Below, piece after piece: positions 35,001-46,203 of a stretch of DNA of 64,000 bases. Numbering within the stretch: position 1 is the first letter of the stretch; each line of letters begins with the position of its first letter. Made by a program: the position numbers and the translations under genes. The notes under the pieces are model-generated. The model saw nothing but the letters and a program-made list of their open reading frames with translations, searched no databases and was not told the DNA's origin. This stretch comes from Eledone cirrhosa (taxonomy: Eukaryota). The DNA is taken from the NCBI GenBank assembly GCA_964016885.1, contig OZ024740.1, positions 409,758,001 through 409,822,000 of the forward strand, given 5' to 3'.

Positions 35001-35068
35001 CCGACGAACGAATGAGGACGTTTTTTTCGTATTCGTCTTATTCGGGAAACCTCTGGTAATGAGGTAAT
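35001..35068 (+). ncRNA. Hammerhead-like motif (U4C variant)
   Basis: CCGACGA, long stem II (CGAATGAGGACG/CGTCTTATTCG), GAAA, stem III ACCTC/GAGGT, then A; stem I is unclear. Confidence 0.4.
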
Positions 35069-35166
35069 TATATTGTATTGTTTATTATACATTAAATTTT
35101 GCTCTGGTACTTACATAGAGCACTCTTCACTCCTATGACTTTTTCAATTTTCAACGGAAACTTCAT

Positions 35167-35306
<140 letters not shown>

Positions 35307-35342
35307 TATATATATGTATGTATGTATGTATATATATATATG

Positions 35343-35387
<45 letters not shown>

Positions 35388-35519
35388 AGAAAAAGCCGTC
35401 GAAACGGCTTGAGCTCTGCCGTCGGGGTCATACTTTTTCCTATTTCCCTCTCTACTACCCTACGTATTGAGTACTCTGGTGCGTTATGGTCCATCTGGTT
35501 CCTTACCACAATTCCTTTG

Positions 35520-35573
<54 letters not shown>

Positions 35574-35602
35574 GAGCCCCTTTTTTTAAGTAAAAAGAAA
35601 TT

Positions 35603-35663
<61 letters not shown>

Positions 35664-36364
35664 CCACAACCACACAAATAAACATACATATCTTTACTTT
35701 CTTTATTTCAATAGAAAATCTGAATTCTGACACCCCAGCGAACCAGCCATATTCACTGAACCAGAACAATTCTCCCATCCCATTTCTCTTGACCATTATC
35801 TTTTGCTTGTCATAAAATTCTCTAAAAAGGCTACAGAATAAATTTCCAAATACGGGCGCGAAATTTAATGAAAAATTGTTCACATGACAGCCATAATTTC
35901 ATTTATAACCAATCTAATTACGTTTATTTTAAAAAAAGCCTTCGTGAACCCCTTTTTTTTAAGTTAAAAGAAATTCAAACACTCATATATGAAAAAACAG
36001 CCTGAGCCCCCCGCCTCCTTGTTTAAAGAACATTGTAACGCGAACTGGCGCGAAATTTATTATAATTATTGACCAGCCAATCAAATTACTTCTCTAAAAA
36101 CCTGGCCTTTCGAGCCACTTTTTTCCATATAAAACAAGTAACATTCAAAGATCAACCAGATGTGAGAAAAACCACAGACCCTCCATCTCAACTCTACTTT
36201 TGAAAAGCAGAAGAACTGCGAAACCGGTAAAGGAACCAAATAAATATATATAGTTTTTTTTTAAATAAGACTCCAGTTGCATTTTCGATTTCATCTTTTT
36301 TTCTTTATACTTTCACTCGTGTAGGACACCTCGGTTATTTTTCATTTTGTAAAAAAAACCTCAC

Positions 36365-36413
<49 letters not shown>

Positions 36414-36650
36414 TCCATGCTTACGCACGTGCTCAAGTATAGTTCTTTTTACAAAACGTTTTGTTTTTTTGCATTTCAGGTAGACGCGCGCCATCGTCCA
36501 CTTTTCTAAAAGACAAATCATACACAAAACGCCACCACCAATAGTTTTGCAAGAGATGTCAACATGAATGGACCTGTTATCTTTATCTAAAGACATTTTT
36601 TTCCAATTCCATCCCGCCCGTCCCCTTAATCTATTTTATTTCTCATTCTT

Positions 36651-36686
36651 TCTTCTGGTGAAGGACTAGCGTCCGAAACGTTAAGA
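36651..36686 (+). ncRNA. Minimal hammerhead-like motif (A6G variant)
   Basis: TCTT-CTGGTGA-A-GGAC TAGC GTCC-GAAACGTT-AAGA; stems I and II pair. Confidence 0.6.
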
Positions 36687-36771
36687 CCCTCTTCCTTCTA
36701 TATCAAGCGTTACCCTAATATATACCTTGCATATACTGTACCGATTGTGTTGTTATTTCTGTTTACCTTTT

Positions 36772-36815
<44 letters not shown>

Positions 36816-37012
36816 ATGCTTTGGGAGGGTCATGTTGCCAATAAGAAACACACGTACCAGTTGCTTTCACTCCAATTTATTATAAATTAAATTTATAAAT
36901 TTAAGAATTTATAAATTTCCGGTTGGTTGGTTGGTTCCACAACCGGACGGTTGTTCATATATTGTCAAAGTTCTTTCATCACACATATATATATGTCACA
37001 CATATATATATA

Positions 37013-37790
37013 CAGGGTGTGGACGATATTTGTTCGCAATTTTCAACTGCCATCTTATGCAAATTTTTGTTACTTCCGTTGTCACTCTTGTCTTCATAAA
37101 AACTATATTTTCATTATTTGACTATATTTCCATTATTTGTTTTCAGAATAATTGATTATGAATAATTCTGAACCTCCAAATTTGTGGAAGAGACTCGGAG
37201 TTCTTCTTGTAATCCGCGCCGGGAGGACAAATATGACCAGAAGATCAACTCCCAGAACAACAGGTGGCTCGCTGTCTCATCCAAAGACGTGCCCAGAGTC
37301 ATGTAGACAAAGTTTACAGCGACAACATTGGTCTTAGGTGTCGTCAGCAGCCAAGGTGACGTCATGCCACCTCACTTCTTCCCTGAGGGCCTCAAGCTGA
37401 ACACCGATGGCTACATCCGCGTTCTGAGCGAAGTAGTAAAACCCTGGATCGACCAGGTAGCTACAGGTAGGCCGTACGTGTGGCAGCAAGACTCAGCGCC
37501 CTGCCATACCAGCCGAAATACCCAAGCCTGGCTGTCAGAGAACTTCGTCGACCACACTTCACCTGACATCTGGCCTCCCAGCTCGCCTGACTGCAGCCCC
37601 TCGACTTCTTTGTGTGCGACGCAGTGGAACGAGACACCAACAGATCTAGCTGCAATACGAAAGACGATCTGAAGGCCAGGATCACAAGTGCCTTTAGGGG
37701 CCTAAGTCGGGGGACAGTGACGAAGGCCTGTAGCCGGTTCCGAGGCCGGCTTGAGGCCGTCATCAAAACCAATGGTGGGCTTATCGAGTG
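37013..37790 (+). mobile_element. Tc1/mariner DD37D (maT-type) transposon remnant
   Basis: TA|CAGGGTG left end; WQQDSAPCH...WPPSSPDCSP(LD) with 37 residues between the last two Asp; internal deletion and frameshift; right TIR not seen. Confidence 0.8.
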
Positions 37791-38838
37791 AGATGGAAAG
37801 AACAAGTCACGAAGACAAACTGACCCAAGTTTGATAAATATATCTTAAAAAATAAAAAGGAACATATGTTCAAATTTAATGGAAAAACATATGCCCAAGA
37901 GGAGGGAGCAGCCATTGGCGTTAGCATTGCAGGTGACATAGCTAACCTATTCATGGTATGGTGGGACAATAAACTTAAAGAACAATTAGAAGACAGCAAC
38001 CTCTTAACCCTGATAATGTACTCCCACTACATTGATGATATAAACATCGTAGTAAAAACACCCCCACTAGAAAACAGTCAGGAATTAGAGAAAAACACCA
38101 TGGAAAGCATCCAGCAAATAGCTAACTCCATCCACCAGAGTATTAGAGTTACTATAGACTACCCAAGCAAACACCCCAACCATCGATTACCTGTACTAGA
38201 CACAGAGCTCTGGTCAGAAACCATTAATAACAAAAAACAAATCCTTCATTCCCATTATGCCAAACCCATGACTTCCAAATATCTGATCCACCGAAACTCA
38301 GCTGTTTCGGATCACACCAAAATCAACATACTGATTTAGTACGGGTGATGAGAAACGTGTCCCGCATGTGCAACACCAAAGAACTAGAGAGACACATACA
38401 ACACTTCATCCACCGTATGCAGTTCTCTGGTTACAATCAGAGAGATAGAATCAGAGTGTATAGAGGAGCCAGAACCAAATGGGAAAAAATGGTAAATAAT
38501 GACATAAATGGGACCTGCCCCTTGTATAGGAACAAATTTTGGAATAGAATAGAAAGAACTAGGAATAAGGTTAATAGAATAAACTCATGGTATGATAGCA
38601 ATGAATACCAGAGTGTAATGTTCATCAATACAACCCCTAGAGGTGAATTAGCTTACAAATTTAGAAGAGCCCTATATAAACTTAAACTAAATATTAAGAT
38701 AGTAGAAAGACCAGGTACCTCCATAAAAACACTTATTTGTAATACATACCCTTTTCAAAGACCTCCCTGTATAGATAAGAAATGCATAATCTGTAAACTA
38801 AGCCTCCATATTAACTGCAAAACTAGAAACATAGTATA

Positions 38839-39953
38839 CTAGCTAGAAAAATGCGTACAGCAAAAAAAAGTAATATTGTTGGAACAAACCTTTAAAAATA
38901 CAGGACAAGGAAGTAAGATAAACCTTTAAAAATACAGGACAAAGAACTAAGATAAAACTTTAAAAGAATAGGACAAGGAATATAAATTTTTACAATAATA
39001 TTAGTGGCAAAATTCAATTGGTAAAAAATTGAGTTTCCATCATTACACCAATTACAACTATGATGTTCCGCATGCATCCACTCCAACCATGATCACTTGT
39101 CTGTCATCTTTCCCGGTCCAACTCCTCGCGGATGACCCGGCGCAACTCGGACTGGGTCGGAGCAGGAACTGGAGGGGGAGAGGGAGGGGTACGGGTCTTG
39201 ACTCTGGGACGATGACGGCGAGTGACCAAGGTGAATGGGCCCGTGTTCGACTCGGAATCCTGCTGGTCCTCGATGACACTTTGAGGCACGGTTGACGGTT
39301 CCGGACTGGCTTCATGGGCAGTGGTAGAAGGGCAGGTGGATAGGGCAGAGTGCTTCTTCCTGGGAGAGCACTTGAAGCAGGTGAAGCCGGCGCCGGACTC
39401 GTTGAACCACTTCCAGACAGCACTGGGCATGTTGGCGCAGCAATGATGAAAGTTGAAGCAGGCGACGAGGGGGGAGGAGGTGGAGGCGTTGGTGCAGGAG
39501 CAACAGACTGCTGATTTGGGAGTCATTGTAGCTGGGGGATGCAGGCGCTGAGGGGGCTCGAGTAGAAGGGAAGAACAGAAATGAACCATGATGACTTTTC
39601 CTACATTTTTCCTGGCCCACTTCCTCATGAACCAATGAACCAGTTGGTACAACTCGGACTTGGAGGAGGAACACAAGACAGGGATCAATTTCATTGTATT
39701 GATATTTCTCATTAAGTAATTTCATGTTACTCAAATAAATCACTTTTATTTGATCAATTATCTATTTTTCCAATAAAATTTTTGCCACTAATATTATTGT
39801 AAAAATTTATATTCCTTGTCCTATTCTTTTAAAGTTTTATCTTAGTTCTTTGTCCTGTATTTTTAAAGGTTTATCTTACTTCCTTGTCCTGTATTTTTAA
39901 AGGTTTGTTCCAACAATATTACTTTTTTTTGCTGTACGCATTTTTCTAGCTAG
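38839..39953. mobile_element. Element bounded by ~176-bp inverted repeats, enclosing a PHD-type LINE ORF1 fragment
   Basis: 38839-39014 is the reverse complement of 39777-39953; arms have internal ~31-bp repeats; minus-strand ORF CCSC..CFNFHHCC...W....FTCFKC...REELDRER. Confidence 0.7.
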
Positions 39954-40419
39954 TTTCCTATTTTTCAAGGCAATGCAAACAACAACTACTTAATTAAATA
40001 GTTATTACTTTAGTTACTTCTATCAAAAAATCCCAAAAATGATGTTAATGAAAACTATAGGTGAAAGTGAAGCTATTCTTTTGTGACCTCTTAGTTACTT
40101 GTACCAATTTTGAATTTAATTCAAGCTACAGTGTCAGCCTGTGCATTGGAGTCACAGAAATAAGTTGAGATATTTTATCTAATTGGTACAAGCATCCACT
40201 CCACATGGCGGGGACATAGGTCAGATCGTGGAGCACTCACCTATCTTAAAAATATTAACTTATGATAAATAAGAGTCATTTAAGAAAATACAATTTTTTT
40301 AAATTAGTAGGTGAGCATTAACAACTGAATCTAAATGGAGCAAATTTGCACCATTTGCATTTAGTTGAAAATAACATTTTAATTAAACATGACAAATTCT
40401 AATGCAATAGAAGGCAAAT

Positions 40420-40757
40420 ATCAATTTTCACATGCAAATTTTTTGGGGATTTTTTTCACACGCGCCATTTTTGGTCGATTTTTTGTCAATTTTTCACATG
40501 CAAATTTTTTTGGGTTTTTTTGATTTTTTTTCACGCGCGCCATTTTTGTCGATTTTTTGTCAATTTTTCACATGATAATTTTTTTTTGGATTTTTGGATT
40601 TTCTTCACGCACGCCATTTTTGTCGATTTTTTGTCAATTTTTCACATGATAATTTTTTTTGGATTTTTGTATTTTCTTCACGCGCGCCATTTTTTGTCGA
40701 TTTTTCATATGCAAATTTTTTGATTTTCTTCTCACACGCCATTTTTGTCGATTTCAT
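40420..40757. repeat. Degenerate ~70-bp tandem repeats (ATTTTTCACATG...CACGCGCCATTTTTGTCGA)
   Basis: About 5 units seen directly. Confidence 0.8.
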
Positions 40758-41329
40758 CATTTGAGTGTTCAAAGTCCAAAAACAACTGTATTGCATTTTC
40801 GCGCCAGGCAAAAAAGTAATAAGCCGATCAAAAAGCCGCGAAACGTATATGGTGACTTTTTTCGAAAGCCGCGAAACGTATGAAGTGACCTTTTGCGATT
40901 TTTTTTGCGACCATTTTGGCGAGACTTTTGCAGGGAAACAAATTTTTCATTTGTAATAGTCAAAATAAATAAGCCGATAAAAAAGCCGAGAGACGTCATT
41001 TTCATATGTCAAATGAGCACACTATTCGCACCTATCGCAAATGAGTTCACTACTCGCACCTATCGGTACAAAAAATAGCACAACTATTCACAACTATTAG
41101 TACAAATCCAAATGATTTTCTGAATTTCTAGTATATCAATCAGCGACTGCTTTGAAAGAGAACAATGCAGTGAGTGATTACTCATTTGAATATAAATAGA
41201 AGACAACCTCAACTAGTTTGCAACGTGTGACCACTTATCGCGAGATAGGAGAACATAATAGCTCCTAATTAGCTCAATGATTAATGTTTACTGCCACATT
41301 GTATCAACATTTAAAATTCAAATTCAAAA

Positions 41330-41886
41330 AAATAACCGCAGTCACTGGGGGGGGGGTTCAAATAACCACCGCACCCCGAATAACCGCAGTCACTAGGGGG
41401 GGTTCGAATAAGACCCTCACCCCAAATAACAGCAGTCACTGGGGGAGGGTTCGAATAAGCGCCTCACCCCGAATAATCGCAGTCACTGTGGGGGGGGGGG
41501 TTCGAATAAGCGCCGCACCCCGAATAACCGCAGTCACTGTGGGGGGGGGGGTTCGAATAAGCGCCTCACCCCGAATAATCGCAGTCACTGGGGGAGGGTT
41601 CGAATAAACGCCGCACCCCGAATAACCGCAGTCACTGGGGGGAGGGTTCGAATAAGCGCCGCACCCCGAATAATCGCAGTCACTGGGGGGAGGGTTCGAA
41701 TAAGCGCCGCACCCCGAATAACCGCAGTCACTGGGGGGAGGGTTCGAATAAGCGCCGCACCCCGAATAATCGCAGTCACTGGGGGGAGGGTTCGAATAAG
41801 CGGGGGGGGGGTTCGAATAAGCGTCTCACCCCGAATAATCGCAGTCACTGGGGGAGGGTTCGAATAAGCGCCGCACCCCGAATAAC
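41330..41886. repeat. ~39-40-bp GC-rich minisatellite (CGCAGTCACTGGGGGAGGGTTCGAATAAGCGCCGCACCCCGAATAA), about 12-13 units
   Basis: Direct tandem units. Confidence 0.92.
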
Positions 41887-41930
41887 CCCTTATCCTCCTC
41901 TGACCGGTCCCAAGAGATGCATCAAATGCA

Positions 41931-42684
41931 CAGAGCGTCACCCTTACTCACTCACTTACTCACTTGAACACAGTTTTTTTCAGCAAACTTTGATCATAAC
42001 TTTTTTTGTGCTGAACGAAATTTCGAGATTTTTAGCTTAAGAGATGTGCAATGATTTACTCTCCATGCTCATATAACTTTCATGTGATTTTGATAATCGG
42101 AAGACATTCTAATAATGCTGTAAAGAGACGATTGCCAACGAAATCACTAAGACAACAATATTACTAAACCGACTACCGTCGGTTTAGAACTAAACCGACT
42201 ACCGTCGGTTTAGGATAAACCGACTACCGTCGGTTTAGGATAAACCGACTACCGTCGGTTTAGGTTAAACCGACTACCGTCGGTTTAGGATATATAAATA
42301 TATATAAACATATATATATATATAAATATATATAAACATATATATATATATAAATATATATAAACATATATATATATATAAATATATATAAACATATATA
42401 TATATATAAATATATATAAACATATATATATATATTACTAAACCGACTACCGTCGGTTTAGGATAAACCGACTACCGTCGGTTTAGGATAAACCGACTAC
42501 CGTTGGTTTAGGATATATAAATATATATAAACATATATATATATATAAATATATATAAACATATATATATATATAAATATATATAAACATATATATATAT
42601 ATAAATATATATAAACATATATATATATATAAATATATATATATATAAATATATATAAATATATATATAAATATATATAAATAT

Positions 42685-42721
<37 letters not shown>

Positions 42722-42756
42722 AATATATATATATATAAATATATATATATATAAAT

Positions 42757-42849
<93 letters not shown>

Positions 42850-42850
42850 A

Positions 42851-42881
<31 letters not shown>

Positions 42882-42915
42882 AATATATATATAAATATAT
42901 ATATAAATATATATA

Positions 42916-42951
<36 letters not shown>

Positions 42952-43044
42952 AATATATAGATATATATATATAAATATATATATATAAATATATATATAT
43001 ATAAATATAAATATATATATATATAAATATAAATATATAAATAT

Positions 43045-43077
<33 letters not shown>

Positions 43078-43353
43078 AATATAAATATATATAACAGAGC
43101 GTCACCCTTACTCACTCACTTACTCACTTGAACACAGTTTTTTTCAGCAAACTTTGATCATAACTTTTTTTGTGCTGAACGAAATTTCGAGATTTTTAGC
43201 TTAAGAGATGTGCAATGATTTACTCTCCATGCTCATATAACTTTCATGTGATTTTGATAATCGGAAGACATTCTAATAATGCTGTAAAGAGACGATTGCC
43301 AACGAAATCACTAAGACAACAATATTACTAAACCGACTACCGTCGGTTTAGGA
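41931..43353 (+). mobile_element. Duplicated ~260-bp unit ending in a palindrome, with multimerised hairpins (Helitron/Helentron-like)
   Basis: 41931-42187 repeats at 43096-43351; CTCA microsatellite near the 5' end; TAAACCGACTACCGTCGGTTTA occurs x5, x3 and x1. Confidence 0.55.
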
Positions 43354-43849
43354 TAGCATAAGATGTACTGAAGGGCAATGTAAAGATAAGAATATAGTGT
43401 ACATAGGTGAGACAGCTCGTAGTATAGGAGAACGATTAAATGAACACTGTCGAGAGCTTCAAGATAGAAAAGAATCATCAGTACTCCACCAACATGCTAA
43501 AATAGAACATAAGGGCAAATTAGAGAACAGAAATAAAAATAAAATCTACACACAGAAAAGACGCAATGTTTAGACAAATCACAGAGGCAATAAACATAAA
43601 TGAACTCCAACCAAAATTAAATAGAAAACATGAATGGAATAGCAACATCACAACTTAAAATTAAGGACAAAATGAAAACACACACACACATAGAACAAAC
43701 AACCAACCAGTAACATGTAAATAAACAAATAAAAACACACACAGACACCCGGATGTAACACATGCGCAAACTAAGCACACAACGCACACAAAAAAAGATG
43801 GCGTAGGACAGAACAAAGGAGAGGCACAAAACAAAGAAAAGAATCCCCA

Positions 43850-43892
43850 GTCACTGAAGAGGTCATAGAATGTGTGACGAAAGAACTTTGAC
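43850..43892 (+). ncRNA. Type I hammerhead ribozyme motif in the Penelope pLTR
   Basis: GTCA-CTGAAGA-G-GTCA...TGAC-GAAA-GAACTT-TGAC; intact core, stems I and II pair. Confidence 0.72.
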
Positions 43893-44100
43893 AATATATG
43901 AACAACCGTCCGGTTGTGGAACCAACCAACCAACAGGAAATTTATAAATTTTTAAAATTTATAATTTAATTTATAATAGATTGGAGTGAAAGCAACTGGT
44001 GCGTGTGTTTCTTATTGGCAACATGACCCTCCCAAAGTATAACAATATTGGTTTCAACACACGTTTTCAGATAAAGAATCTTGCTAAACAAATTCAGAAA

Positions 44101-44166
<66 letters not shown>

Positions 44167-44170
<4 letters not shown>

Positions 44171-45458
44171 GATGAATATAAAATGAAAGTGCTTTTTTTA
44201 AAAAGGAATTTATTAGGTATTGACATATGTTTCTGTAACAGACGGAATACCTATGTATCGCTGCTTGCGTAATCATATAATGTTAGCAAGTATTCGATAG
44301 CAAATGTATAATCAGTTGTCACTTCTTCAGAGATTTTGGATAAATTGGATAAAATCAGAAAAATACTTCAATTTTTCTGATTTTATCCAATTACGCAATT
44401 ACGCAAGCAGCGATACATAGGTATTTCGTCTGTTACAGAAACATATGTCAATCTATATATATAAAACTGTGGTTGTCTGTCTGTCTATCGATTTTTGGCA
44501 CACATCTCCTCTTAGAATCTCTCACGGAATTGCACCGAAATTGCTATACTTGTACATTGAGCCCTAGCGAAGACATCGGAAAAAAAAAATTTCAAATTGA
44601 CCCACCCTATGTGACGAAATCGAATATAATGTATCGATTTTTGAGCGTAAGTGATCAGTTATTTCCCTTTGTTCTGTTTACATTGAGCGTCTTACGTAAA
44701 AAATTACGCTGGCTTTCTCAGCGTTTAAAATGACAGCAAAATATTGACCTGCAAAATTCATCAGTTCGAACACTAAGCTTCCGTTTTGCTTCATTTCCAT
44801 TTAAAAGCATTTTAAAACAATATTTTTACTTGAAAACAAGTCTATTTAAAGACTACGTAAAACAAGCAAATATTTCGTCGTTAGGCGTGCAGACAGACAG
44901 TCGTGCAGACAGACAGTCGTGCAGAGAGGTGATATACGCGTGCAGACAGACAGTCGTGCAGAGAGGTGATATAGGCGTGCAGACAGATAGTCGTGCAGAG
45001 AGGTGATATAGGCGTGCAGACAGACAGTCGTGCAGAGAGGTGATATAGGCGTGCAGACAGACAGTCGTGCAGAGAGGTGATATAGGCGTGCAGACAGACA
45101 TAACTGATAATTTGGTTACGCTAATGTTTTTCTCTGCGTTGCAGTGTTTACATTTTCGATCTTTGTTAATAAATAACCAGTGCAGTTTCTATCCCCAGCA
45201 TCCTCTTTTGTTATAACATTCGGGTTATCGTTATGTTTTCTTAACTTCATAAGGCATATTGTTGGTTGAGGGAATATTAATCAAAAACACCACATGCAAG
45301 TCTGCACAGTAGACACTACAGTTTTTAAGCCAAGAAAGAAACTTAACATTGTAACTTTAACACAGCTACTGAGCGACCCCGAGCAACGCCGGGCTTTACT
45401 GCTAGTACCTAATAAATTCCTTTTTAAAAAAAGCACTTTCATTTTATATTCATCCTTT
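44167..45458. mobile_element. MITE/foldback with ~105-bp arms, right arm interrupted by a Helitron
   Basis: 44167-44273 is the reverse complement of 44398-44451 joined to 45406-45458; internal hairpin at 44343-44392. Confidence 0.8.
44452..45405 (+). mobile_element. Non-autonomous Helitron
   Basis: 5' TCTATATAT; 3' hairpin CCCGAGCAACGCCGGG then CTAG; inserted at A|T with no TSD, verifiable against the opposite IR arm; internal tandem repeats at 44883-45100. Confidence 0.9.
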
Positions 45459-46203
45459 CTACATTTTCTCCGGAATATAATTTATACTCGTTGAGCTAAC
45501 CTGCACGTACGCTGTTCATCTCTAACGTAACGATATATTATCACTACATTATTGATAACCTGAAATTTTATATATATATATATATATATACAAAAAAACC
45601 TCATTTGTGATTAACATTAATTGTTATAGATTTTTATGTTGGAGATGTTCTAAATGATAATATATTATGGGAGCCAGATATATAGGTCATGGGTAAAACA
45701 TTAGATGAACTACTACTTGGTGGCACCATAAACAAACAACATTGTATAAAATTATAAACCATTTCATAGCATTTAATATATATTTTCTCATCCACGACTG
45801 CTGGAAACTCAATTACTGTCAATTGATGTCAAACCCCAAACCCAAACCAGGTCATGAAACATATGGAACAACTTTTAAATAATTGTGTATGATGAACGTA
45901 ATTTCTTTCGGTACATCGATATAATTGATCTCACAGCTGTTATATACCTATATTGATACAAGATGAAAACTTCAAGATTTTTCAAAATATACGATAAATC
46001 TCATTGGAAGATATATCAAGTGCTCATGATATATCAGATCATAACACATCTTTATTGTTATGAATAGCAAAACACCGCCCTGTTGGCGTTGTGCTAGTAG
46101 TTTAGTGTACGTACATACATACATACATACATACATACATACATACATACATACATACATACATACATACATACATACATACATACATACATACATACAT
46201 ACA

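Larger units (their letters stand above)
36809..44050 (+). mobile_element. Penelope-like element with an inverted 5' pseudo-LTR, split by nested insertions
   Basis: 36809-36987 is the reverse complement of 43870-44046; RT at 37866-38838 (GAAIG, YIDD, LPVLD); GIY-YIG resumes at 43353 (CKTRNIVY|SIRCTEGQCKDKNIVYIGETARSIGERLNEH). Confidence 0.88.

Noticed and set aside
35690-36130. GCGCGAAATTT and CCAAT motifs as an E2F/NF-Y cell-cycle promoter
   Set aside because: No adjacent exon identified; such motifs commonly occur inside invertebrate MITEs
41330-41886. Regular ~39-bp repeats resembling a CRISPR array
   Set aside because: No unique spacers and no cas genes, in a eukaryotic context; it is a minisatellite
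42483-43115. 200-aa YI-repeat ORFs, and similar HT/CV/LS ORFs across the window
   Set aside because: These are translations of (TA)n, (CA)n and (CT)n microsatellites
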